Source: Gemmatimonadales bacterium | Lineage (GTDB): Bacteria > Gemmatimonadota > Gemmatimonadetes > Gemmatimonadales > GWC2-71-9 | Assembly (NCBI GenBank): GCA_037189525.1 | Contig: JBBCJC010000005.1 | Location: 576,001 to 640,000 of the forward strand | Direction of reading: 5' to 3' | Length of the DNA: 64,000 nucleotides | Shown: positions 28,827-38,000 of the stretch, in pieces | Numbering within the stretch: position 1 is the first letter of the stretch | Layout of the letters: each line of letters begins with the position of its first letter | Notes under the pieces: model-generated | Database searches by the model: none | What the model was told of the DNA's origin: nothing | Seen by the model: the letters and a program-made list of their open reading frames with translations, nothing else | Position numbers and translations under genes: made by a program

Positions 28827-31210
28827 TGAAGCATATCGAGCTCAATCTCCCGCTGCTTCTTCCTGATACGCCGGACGCACGCGACGCCTGCGTGTCCCGA
28901 CTGCAGGCGCTGTTAGCCGAGACCAAGGGGATTATCCGCACTCACCTCGTTGAGCCTACCAGCGACGAAGGCACGGCGCTCTGCGTCGACTACGACCCGG
29001 ACCAGATCAGCCTGGCTGAAGTCGAGCGTCGTGCTGCGGCAGCAGGTGCAGAGATCACCACCCGATTCGGACATCTCCTGATCCCTATCCGCTTGATCGG
29101 CAGTGAAGATGCTCCGCTCCGAATCGAATCCCGATTGCGGGGCCTACCCGGCGTTCTGAGCGCATCGGTCAGCCTTCCGGCGCAGCAGGCCCGGATCGAG
29201 TTCGATCTCCGAACTGTATCGGCTGATCAGATACGGTCGCAGGTCCATGAGTTCGGGTACGGTGCGGCGGAGCCCGGCGATGTACCACTTCCCTCATCCG
29301 AAGTCAGCCCAAAACCATCATCATGGTACTGGCGAAACCGGGAGCTGGCGTGGAGCCTCATTGCTGGCGGACTGCTCATAGTTGCCTGGGCCGGGGGGAG
29401 GTGGTTCGAGGTCACGACGACTGTGGCCATCGTGCTTTATGTGATCAGCTACGCGTTCGGGGGCTTTGACCTCGTTCGTCACTGGGTCAAGGATGCACGG
29501 CAAGGGAAGCTCGCCTTTGATATCGACCTTCTGATGCTCCTTGCGGCGCTGGGAGCTGCCGTACTGGGGGAATGGGCCGAAGGCGCGTTTCTGTTGTTCC
29601 TCTTCTCATTGGCACACGCGTTGGAACACTACGCGCTCGGGCGCGCCCGTAACGCGATTCGGGCACTGGCGGATCTTGCCCCACCGATAGCTAGGGTGCA
29701 GCGCAACGCGCGGGAATTTGAGGTCCCTATTGAATCGGTCCTTGCCGGCGACCTCGTCATCGTTCGTCCAGCAGAACGCATCCCTGTCGATGGAGTGATC
29801 GCGCGCGGCAAATCGGCAGTCAATCAGGCGCCCATCACTGGAGAATCAGTTCCAGTCGATAAGGCCGAGGGTGATGAGGTTTTTGCGGGAACCGTCAACG
29901 GCGAAGGAGCACTCGAGATTTCGACTACCCGCGCCGTGGGAGATCGCACCCTCGATCGCGTCGTCCGTCTCGTCGAGGAAGCCCAAACTCAAAAGGCACC
30001 AACTCAGCGCTTTACGGAGCGGTTTGAACGGATCTTCGTCCCGGTCGTTTTGATTGCCGATATCCTACTCATCGTACTACCCCCACTGCTCGGGCTCTGG
30101 GACTGGAGCACCAGTTTCTATCGCGGGATGGCTCTGCTCGTTGCGGCCTCGCCGTGTGCACTCGCCCTGGGGACTCCTGCGACAGTACTCGCCGGTATTG
30201 CCCAAGCTGCGCGAAAGGGTGTCTTGATCAAAGGCGGTGCGCATCTCGAGCATCTCGGTACTCTGCGCGCTATGGCCCTCGATAAAACGGGAACGCTCAC
30301 TCGAGGGGAGCCGGAAGTAACAGACCTCCGTCCAGTAGCTGGCGTTGACCTCCAGGAGCTTCTGACGGTTTCGGCGGCCGTCGAGCAGCGAAGTCAGCAC
30401 CCCTTGGCTCAGGCCGTCGTACGCCGAGCCGCGGCCGACGGACTTGCACTGCCGACGGCTGGAGCGCTCGAAAGCGTCACGGCGCGGGGGGTTAGATCGG
30501 AGCTGAATGGTCAGGTCGTAGAGATCGGAAGTCTGCGGATGTGGGAGGAAGCCGGAATCACTGTTCCGGCAGAGGTTCGTGACGCCGTCGAGGCGCTGCG
30601 CAGCACCGGTCAGAGCACGATGTCCGTTCGCTACGGCGATCGGTGGCTCGGAACGATCGGGCTCGCCGACCAACCACGCGAAGGTGTTCGCACAATCCTC
30701 GATCGGCTTCGAGGGCTCGGAGTCTCGCCCCTCGTCATGCTCACGGGAGACAATGCGGGAGTCGGCGCCGCAATCGGACGCGATGTCGGAATCGACGAGG
30801 TCAAAGCTGACTTACTTCCGGAGGACAAGGTCGATGCGGTTCAGGAACTCATTGCCATCCACGGACAAGTTGCCATGGTCGGTGACGGAGTCAACGACGC
30901 TCCGGCACTGGCCAACGCAACGGTAGGAATTGCCATGGGCGGGGCAGGAACAGCCGTCGCACTCGAAACAGCGGATATCGCCCTCATGGCCGACGACCTG
31001 GGCAAGCTACCATTTGCGGTCGGCCTGTCCCGACAAGCGCGTGGAATCATCCGACAAAACCTCTTCGTCTCCCTTACGGTTATCGGCCTCCTGATTCTTG
31101 CGACGATATCGGGTGTTTTCGGCATTGGAATCGCCGTCGCAGTGCATGAGGGAAGCACGCTAATTGTGGTGGGTAACGCGCTCCGACTGCTACGCTACGA
31201 CCCCGAGTAG
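28823..31210 (+). CDS. czcP: Heavy-metal P1B-4-type ATPase, CzcP-like
   Basis: TGES, SPCAL, DKTGTLT, HP, MVGDGVNDAPALA, HEGST; N-terminal double ferredoxin-like domain without CxxC. Confidence 0.85.
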   Translation: MMKHIELNLPLLLPDTPDARDACVSRLQALLAETKGIIRTHLVEPTSDEGTALCVDYDPDQISLAEVERRAAAAGAEITTRFGHLLIPIRLIGSEDAPLRIESRLRGLPGVLSASVSLPAQQARIEFDLRTVSADQIRSQVHEFGYGAAEPGDVPLPSSEVSPKPSSWYWRNRELAWSLIAGGLLIVAWAGGRWFEVTTTVAIVLYVISYAFGGFDLVRHWVKDARQGKLAFDIDLLMLLAALGAAVLGEWAEGAFLLFLFSLAHALEHYALGRARNAIRALADLAPPIARVQRNAREFEVPIESVLAGDLVIVRPAERIPVDGVIARGKSAVNQAPITGESVPVDKAEGDEVFAGTVNGEGALEISTTRAVGDRTLDRVVRLVEEAQTQKAPTQRFTERFERIFVPVVLIADILLIVLPPLLGLWDWSTSFYRGMALLVAASPCALALGTPATVLAGIAQAARKGVLIKGGAHLEHLGTLRAMALDKTGTLTRGEPEVTDLRPVAGVDLQELLTVSAAVEQRSQHPLAQAVVRRAAADGLALPTAGALESVTARGVRSELNGQVVEIGSLRMWEEAGITVPAEVRDAVEALRSTGQSTMSVRYGDRWLGTIGLADQPREGVRTILDRLRGLGVSPLVMLTGDNAGVGAAIGRDVGIDEVKADLLPEDKVDAVQELIAIHGQVAMVGDGVNDAPALANATVGIAMGGAGTAVALETADIALMADDLGKLPFAVGLSRQARGIIRQNLFVSLTVIGLLILATISGVFGIGIAVAVHEGSTLIVVGNALRLLRYDPE

Positions 31211-31414
31211 CAAGCCTCCCGACATCACGAATTAGAAACAAGACGGATCCCAGATTAGATGTGCGTCTGGGTTCATCGCACAACAATATTCGACGATCGA
31301 TTCTCGATGCCGAGCTCTCGCGGATCGTTCGGATTACCACGACCAGGTGGCGGAGGCTCGGAGCCGAGTTGATTGCCCGGCTCCGTCCCACCGAACGGCC
31401 TCAAGTCCTCGCGA

Positions 31415-33136
31415 CTAATTGGACGTCCGAGCCGTCCACACCGGAGTCCGGCCTTCACCCAGCGTGCCGATCGCTCCGGTTTCCAGTTCGATCACGTGGA
31501 TCGAGGTCTTGTCCTCACCCATCCGGTCGGACTGGAAGACCAGCATCTTGCCGTCCGGTGACCAATCAGGCGACGAGTCGGAGAAGCCGTCGCTGGTCAC
31601 CTGCGTCACCGCACCGGTCGCCACGGTGACGATGTAGAGATCGCCTCCCGCGGCCAGTACGATCCGCTGCCCGTCCGGCGACCACCGGGGCCCGTCGTGT
31701 GAGTCAGTGACGCCGGCCGCAAGCCGCGTAACGGCCGAGGTCGCGACGTCGATCAGATAGGTCGAGAAGGGGAACAGGCCAGCCACGTCTCGATTGGATT
31801 GGAGCACCAGCCGAGTCCCGTCCGGCGAGTACGATCCCGCCGCGTTGATCTTGCCGGCGTTATCGGTCAGTTGGACCAGTGCGCCGTTGGCGATGTGCTG
31901 ACGGAAGAGTTCATACCCGATCGTGAAGTTGCCGCGCTGGAACACCACTTCTGCGCCGTTCGGCGTCCATGAGGCGCGCTGATCCTCCAGCGGGCCGTCC
32001 GAGACGCGGGTGACACCCGACGTCGCGACATCATAGACATAGATCTGCGGCCGATCGGCGTGCGGCGCGCGACGGCTGTTGAAGACCAGACGGGCTCCGT
32101 CCGGGCTCCAGGTCGGAGCGCGATCCGGCCCGTCGTTCTCGGTGATCCGGCGCGACCCCGCGCCGTTGGCGCCCATCAGGCACAGCTCGTCGTTGTCGCC
32201 ATCATTGTACTCACAGACGTAGGCTACCGTACCGGTGAGCTTGGAGATATCGAGCACGGTCGGATCGGTTACCTCAACCTCCAGCGGAGGCGCATCGAAG
32301 TCCGAGTGATCGCCATGCAGGATGGAGAAAATGAGCTGGACCTGACCAACACTGGACGCGACGACTTCCAGGTGATCGCCGTGGACATCGATATCGATCA
32401 CGCCTGCCGTCGAACCAGGTGCGAGGGCCGCGCCCAGCGTGAACTCACCCGGGAAGAACTGCAGCGTGTCGCCGTCCGCATCCAGGAAGGTGAGGTCGAG
32501 CTCGACTTCCTCACCGAGCGGCAGCGCCAGTCGCCCATGCCAGTGCATGCCGGCGCCCGTGCCGTGCGTGTGGGCGACGTGTCCGCTCCCATCGCGGCGA
32601 TCGAGACGAATCACGGCGATGTCGTCGGGATCTGCATGGTCGTCATGATCGTCGTGGTCGACCACCTCGACGGTCAGCGCCGGCGACTCCCACAGTGTGA
32701 CGTTGCCTCGGCGCAGGACCAGGACCACGCCCACCGTTCCGACGCCGACGGCCGAGACGTCGACATGGTCGCCGTGCGGGGCCAAGGTCGCGACGCCCGA
32801 CGGCGCGCCGGACGCCAGGTTCGCATGGATGGTGTATTCGCTGCCGAGCGGCACGGCCTCGCCGTCGCGGGTGATGAGCCGAACGGTGTAGGCCTTCTGA
32901 TCACCCGGGTGGAGATGGATCCGGCCATGCCAGGTCATCCCGGCGCCGGAACCGTGGGTATGGACCACCTCGGTTCCCGAGGCCCGTTCGAGGACGACCG
33001 CGCTGGTGACCTCGAGCTCCTGATCCGGCCCCGTGTTGTCGCTACAGGCCGAGAGAATGAGCGGAACCGCGACGAGGCGCGCGAGCCTCCAGGCGTTCTG
33101 AACGAGTCCAATCCGATCTCGAGAATCTGTCGTCAT
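31415..33136 (-). CDS. Lipoprotein with two His-rich repeat domains and a TolB/PD40 beta-propeller
   Basis: Lipobox ILSAC (Cys31); duplicated HTHG.GAGM.WHGR ... HGDH; multiple P.WSPDG repeats. Confidence 0.8.
   Translation of the reverse strand: MTTDSRDRIGLVQNAWRLARLVAVPLILSACSDNTGPDQELEVTSAVVLERASGTEVVHTHGSGAGMTWHGRIHLHPGDQKAYTVRLITRDGEAVPLGSEYTIHANLASGAPSGVATLAPHGDHVDVSAVGVGTVGVVLVLRRGNVTLWESPALTVEVVDHDDHDDHADPDDIAVIRLDRRDGSGHVAHTHGTGAGMHWHGRLALPLGEEVELDLTFLDADGDTLQFFPGEFTLGAALAPGSTAGVIDIDVHGDHLEVVASSVGQVQLIFSILHGDHSDFDAPPLEVEVTDPTVLDISKLTGTVAYVCEYNDGDNDELCLMGANGAGSRRITENDGPDRAPTWSPDGARLVFNSRRAPHADRPQIYVYDVATSGVTRVSDGPLEDQRASWTPNGAEVVFQRGNFTIGYELFRQHIANGALVQLTDNAGKINAAGSYSPDGTRLVLQSNRDVAGLFPFSTYLIDVATSAVTRLAAGVTDSHDGPRWSPDGQRIVLAAGGDLYIVTVATGAVTQVTSDGFSDSSPDWSPDGKMLVFQSDRMGEDKTSIHVIELETGAIGTLGEGRTPVWTARTSN
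32264..33010 (-). repeat. Intragenic duplication of a ~118-aa His-rich domain
   Basis: aa 43-160 and 173-291 align (HTHGSGAGMTWHGR/HTHGTGAGMHWHGR; HGDHV/HGDHL; SPALTVEVVD/APPLEVEVTD); linker HDDHDDH. Confidence 0.85.
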
Positions 33137-33237
33137 GCTGGTCGTTCCGTATAGGGGGAATTGGTGAGCAGGGTGGCGAGGAACCCCTCGCCATCGGCAA
33201 CGACTGTCGTTGTCGCGCCGAAGGACATCACCTTCGA

Positions 33238-33279
33238 TATGGATATGTCGTTATCAATTGTATAGATATCTCATTATCA
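33238..33279. promoter_or_regulatory. Tandem 19-bp AT-rich direct repeat, candidate metalloregulator operator
   Basis: TATGGATATGTCGTTATCA (33238-33256) and TATAGATATCTCATTATCA (33261-33279); 16/19 identical, 23-bp period. Confidence 0.55.
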
Positions 33280-33369
33280 CCTTGAGCGCAACCCGTCGAT
33301 AGTGATCGAGAAGCACACGCCTGCCCCCTTCCCTATACACGGGGGTTGCGAAGCCGTGTGCCCGGCAGT

Positions 33370-33395
33370 AACGTACAACCATATGGTTGTACGTT
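33370..33395. promoter_or_regulatory. Perfect 26-bp palindrome over the ArsR start codon (autoregulatory operator)
   Basis: AACGTACAACCAT-ATGGTTGTACGTT; the right arm begins at ATG 33383. Confidence 0.8.
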
Positions 33396-33727
33396 CTCCC
33401 TGCTCCGAGGCCGAGCTCGATCGCGTCTTCCGCGCGCTCGCCGATACGACCCGACGCGATATCGTGGCGCGGGTCATGGTCGGCGAGCAGTCGGTCTCCA
33501 CTCTGGCGGCCCGCTACGCGATGTCGTTCGCGGCAGTCCAGAAGCATGTCGCCGTCCTCGAAGGGGCCGGCCTCGTACGCAAGTATGCCCGCGGCCGAGA
33601 ACGCCTGGTCCGCGGCAACCCCGAGCGGCTCGCCCGCGCGCGCGAGTTGCTGGCCCGGCTCGAGGATCTCTGGAAAGCGCGCTTCAGCCAGCTCGACTCC
33701 GTGCTCGCCCTGCCCACCAAGGAATGA
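33383..33727 (+). CDS. ArsR/SmtB family transcriptional regulator
   Basis: DRVFRALADTTRRDI, MSFAAVQKHVAVLEGAGLV.K...GRE. Confidence 0.9.
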   Translation: MVVRSPCSEAELDRVFRALADTTRRDIVARVMVGEQSVSTLAARYAMSFAAVQKHVAVLEGAGLVRKYARGRERLVRGNPERLARARELLARLEDLWKARFSQLDSVLALPTKE

Positions 33728-33730
33728 GTC

Positions 33731-34699
33731 ATGCCCATTACATCCGTCACTTCCGATCCGAAGGCCCTGACCCTGACCGTCGTGGGCGACTATCCCGTTT
33801 CACTCGACCGTCTCTGGGACGCCTGGGCCGATCCTCGGCAGCTCGAGAAGTTCTGGGGTCCGGAAACCTGGCCGGCCCGCTTCACCCGTCATGACATGGC
33901 GGTGGGCGGCCGCTCCGAGTACTACATGACCGGACCGGACGGTACCCGGGCAGCCGGCTGGTGGCGCTTTCTCGCGGTCGAGCCGAAGCGCCGGATCGAA
34001 GTCGAGGACGGGTTCGCCGATGAGGCCGGCCGTCCCAACGCGACCATGCCGACCATGCGGATCGAGTTCCGTTTCGAAGCTACCGGCACCGGCTCGCGCT
34101 TCACGAGCGTCACCCGTTTCACGAGCATCGAGTCGATGGAGGAACTGGTGAAGATGGGAATGCTCGAAGGGATGCAGTCGGCGCTGGGACAGATGGATGG
34201 CGTGCTGGCCGATCTCGCTTCCTTCGCATCCAGCCGGGCGACCGAGGCCGAGATCCTGTCCGATACGACGGTGCGCATCACCCGCATCATTCGCGGTACG
34301 GTGGAGCAAGTCTGGCGTGCGCACCAGGAGCCCGAGCTGCTGCAGCGCTGGTTGCTGGGCCCCGACGGCTGGACCATGCCGGTCTGCCAGGTCGCACGGA
34401 AGGTGGGCGACACCTATCGCTACGAATGGGAAGCGGCCGACGGATCGCAGCGCTTCGGTTTCGAAGGCGAGCTGCTCGAACTGGAACCGCCCTATCGGTC
34501 CGTGACCACCGAACAGATGATCGGCACCGACGGGCCGAGCACGCGGAACGAACTCACGCTCACGCCGATGACGTCGGGTACCCTGCTTTCGATCGTGGTT
34601 ACCTATCCTAACGCCGAAGTGCGGGACGCAATTCTGGGCACCGGGATGACGGGTGGGATGGAGACGAGCTACGCCCGGCTCGAGACCGCCGTGCTCTAG
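33731..34699 (+). CDS. Tandem SRPBCC (AHSA1) domain protein
   Basis: Two AHSA1 domains (LWDAWADP..LEKFWGP; VWRAHQEPELLQRWLLGPDGWTM; GM..GM). Confidence 0.9.
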   Translation: MPITSVTSDPKALTLTVVGDYPVSLDRLWDAWADPRQLEKFWGPETWPARFTRHDMAVGGRSEYYMTGPDGTRAAGWWRFLAVEPKRRIEVEDGFADEAGRPNATMPTMRIEFRFEATGTGSRFTSVTRFTSIESMEELVKMGMLEGMQSALGQMDGVLADLASFASSRATEAEILSDTTVRITRIIRGTVEQVWRAHQEPELLQRWLLGPDGWTMPVCQVARKVGDTYRYEWEAADGSQRFGFEGELLELEPPYRSVTTEQMIGTDGPSTRNELTLTPMTSGTLLSIVVTYPNAEVRDAILGTGMTGGMETSYARLETAVL

Positions 34700-34711
34700 G
34701 TCGCTGGAACC

Positions 34712-34739
34712 CCCGCACGGTCGTCCCCGGCCGTGCGGG
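34712..34739 (+). terminator. GC-rich hairpin after the SRPBCC gene (no U-tract)
   Basis: CCCGCACGGTCG-tccc-CGGCCGTGCGGG, one G-U pair. Confidence 0.5.
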
Positions 34740-35084
34740 TATCCCCAATCTCGATTGGCCTTAATTTGCTCCACCAGCCTACCCGAAAATCAGTCAAACG
34801 CCATTTATGGCGGATTCTTTATCTGCAATTAACACCATTTTCATCCCCTCCGGTCTAAAATCGGTGTGCGTCTGACGCAACACTTTGTCTGACGCGTGCG
34901 ACAATCGGTCAGTGCCAACGGCAGAAAACCGCCCAGAATTGCGTCACTGTACGGTTTTTATTCGGCGGATTTCCGCCAAACCGGCAGTCCAACGATGGGC
35001 GCCCGCGGGCCTGCCACTTGCCTAGGCAGCGGACTCGTACGTGTGCCAGGTACCAACAAAACTCGACATCGGATCCCATTGATC

Positions 35085-38000
35085 GTGGCCATCACAGACC
35101 ATCGTCATATCGCTTTGCGTTCGCCCGCCAGCTCCGGGACAGGTGCGCAGCTGTTGCGCCGCTGGGCACAACGCGGCCTCCTCCTGGCCGGCCTCTTCGC
35201 CGGCACCGCATTCGTCGCACCTGCCGCTGCGCAGAACGTCGACCTGGTGCTCAACATCAGCGATGCGCCGGACCCGGCCATTGCCGGCGCGGTGGTGACT
35301 TACGCCGTTCGGGTGACCAACGATGCGGTCGCAACGACTGCGACCGGCGTGTCCGTCGCGGTGACCGTTCCGGCCGGATTCCTCTACGAAGGGATCAATG
35401 CACCGGGCGGGGTGGCGTGCAGCGGTATGGCGACGGGCGGCGCGGGACCTGGCGCGCTGACCTGTACGGTGCCCAACCTGGCGGCAAACGGCGAGATCGA
35501 CTTCGACCTGTTGCTGCGCACGACCCAGATGGGAACCCCCTCGGTCACGTTCGTGGTGTCCGGCGATCAGAACGATCCGGACGGCGGGAACAACACGGTC
35601 ATCGAACAGACGACGGTGACGGCCGGGTCCGACATGTACGTCACGATTGCCGGCCCCGCAACGATCGCCGCCGGCTCCCAGGCCAGCTACAGCCTGACGG
35701 TCGGCAATCTCGGCCCCAATACGACCGCAGGCGCCATCTCGGTCCAGTACCCCGTGCCGACCGGCTTCACCCTCACCGGCGGGCTACCCGGCGGATGCTC
35801 GCTGTCGGCCGGGACCATTACCTGCGCGGTCGCGGGCCCGATCGTCTCCGGCGGGAGCACCGTGGTCGGTCCGTTTACCGGGGTGATCAGCGCAGCGTCG
35901 CCGAGCACGGTGACGCACCTGGCCTCGGTGACATCTACGCAGGACCCGATCAGTGTCAACAACGCCGACGACCACAACACCGCCGTGACGGCAGGCAGTG
36001 ACCTGGCCCTGACCAAGGTCCGCAGCATCGGTGGCCCGTACCTCGTCGGGGATACCCTCGATTTCGTACTGACCCCGACCTTTACCGGCGACGTGCCGTT
36101 CGGCTTGCAGGTCGTCGACGTGGTACCCGGGAACTACACCATTCTGACCGGACAGTTCGCGGCGACGCAGGGCGCCTGGAGTTGCGGCGTCGCGGGGCAA
36201 ACCGTGACCTGTACCCGCGGGTCGGGCGGTCTCAGCGCCGGGTTCGAGGTGCCGCTTGGTCCGATCACGATTCCGGTCGTGATCGCATCGGCCGGCGTCG
36301 GCATTCAGAACACCGCGACGATTACCTCGTCATCTCCGGGTGATCCGGCTCCAGGCAACAACACGGCGACCGATGGGCCGATCAACCTAGAGACGCCGTT
36401 TGCAGACCTAACCATCCTCAAGACTGCGCCGCGCCCCGCGCTGACGGTGACGGGCGTTCCGTTCGACTTCACCATCATCGCCGGCAACCGCGGACCGAGC
36501 GGGTTCACGGGCACGCTGGTGGTGACCGACCAGGTACCGGTCGGGCTGACCGTCCAGGCCATCACGGCTCCCGGCTGGACCTGTACACCGCCCTCCCCGC
36601 TTCCGTTAGCGGGTCCGTTCGATCTGGTGTGCGAACGGGATTACCCGGCCGGCACACCGCTCCCGGCGGGAGCCGACGCGCCGGGCATCGTGGTGACGAC
36701 CTTCGCAACCCAGACCGGTGCGCTGCTGAATACCGGTGTGGTGAGCAGCCGCAACGCCGGGGTGCCCGACAACGATCTGACCAACAACACGCATTCGGTG
36801 CCAGTGACCGCCAGCCCTGGCCTGGACGCCGCCGACATCCGGATCCTCAAGAGCGTGATCGGACCGACGCCGGTTCCGGCCGGCGAGCAGCTCAGCTACC
36901 GGCTCGAGGTCGTCAACACCGGCCCGGCGACGGCCACCACCGTCTACCTGTATGACGTCTTCGATGCGCTGATCGACAATCAAGTCGGCGCCAGCCGCGG
37001 TTACGTGGGTGAGACGATCACGCCCGGCATCGTGGCGCCCGGTACCATCGCCTGCAGTACCGCGGTCGAGGGCGCCCTCAGCCGGGCGCTGACCTGCGAG
37101 ATCCCGACCCTGCCGGTTTGTACGGCAGGCGTGGACTGCCCGGTCTTCGAGGTCATGGTTCGTCCCTCGATTGCCACGACCGGAAGCCGGACCAACACGG
37201 CTGCCGGCGCCTCCTTCACCACCGCCGATCCGGATGTGAGCAACAACACGGCAACGGCAACGAGCCAGGTGGATGCGCGCGCCGACATCACCATCACCAA
37301 GGTCGGCACTCCTACGCCGGTGCCCGCCGGCCAGGGACTCGAATACGTCCTGACCGCGGTCAACAACGGTCCGAGTTCGGCCGAGAACGTCATCGTCGTC
37401 GATTCCCTGCCGCTGGGCGTCCGCTTCATCTCGGCGACGGCGTCGACCGGCAGCTGCGCAACGACTCCGGGCGTCGGGACGACGACGAGCGCCGGCAATC
37501 GAGTGATTTCCTGCTCGCTCGGCACGCTCGCGTGGGACACCCAGGAAACGATCACGATCCGGGTCCGGCCCACCTACCCGACCTACAACTCGACGATCGG
37601 CAACGTCGCGACGGTTACCACGACCACGACGGAGCCGGCGGCGCCAGGCGCCACCAACAACAGGGCCACGTTCGACGCGGCCGTGGGCGCGCCGCAGGTC
37701 GACCTGCTGGTGAACAAAGTCGACCTGCTCGACCCGCTGACGGTCGGCGACTCGACCGCCTATCGCATCATCGTCACCAATAACGGTCCCTCGGACGCCG
37801 AGAACGTCGTCATTACCGATCAGATGCCGGCGGGAGGACTGAGCTATCAGCGGCATCTGATCACGTCGGGTGGCAGCTGCGGCACCCTGCCGGCGGTAGG
37901 CGCGGTCGGCGGCCAGGCCGTATGCCAGATTCCCCGCCTCGAAGCCGGACGGAGCGATACCCTCCATGTCGTGATGCTCGGCGTGACGAGCGGAATCTGG

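Noticed and set aside
34780..34900. CCTCCGGTCTAA and GACGCAA words recalling a c-di-GMP-I riboswitch upstream of the adhesin
   Set aside because: The elements are in the wrong order and the GGCAAA/GAAA-loop first hairpin is missing. An Rfam scan would settle it.
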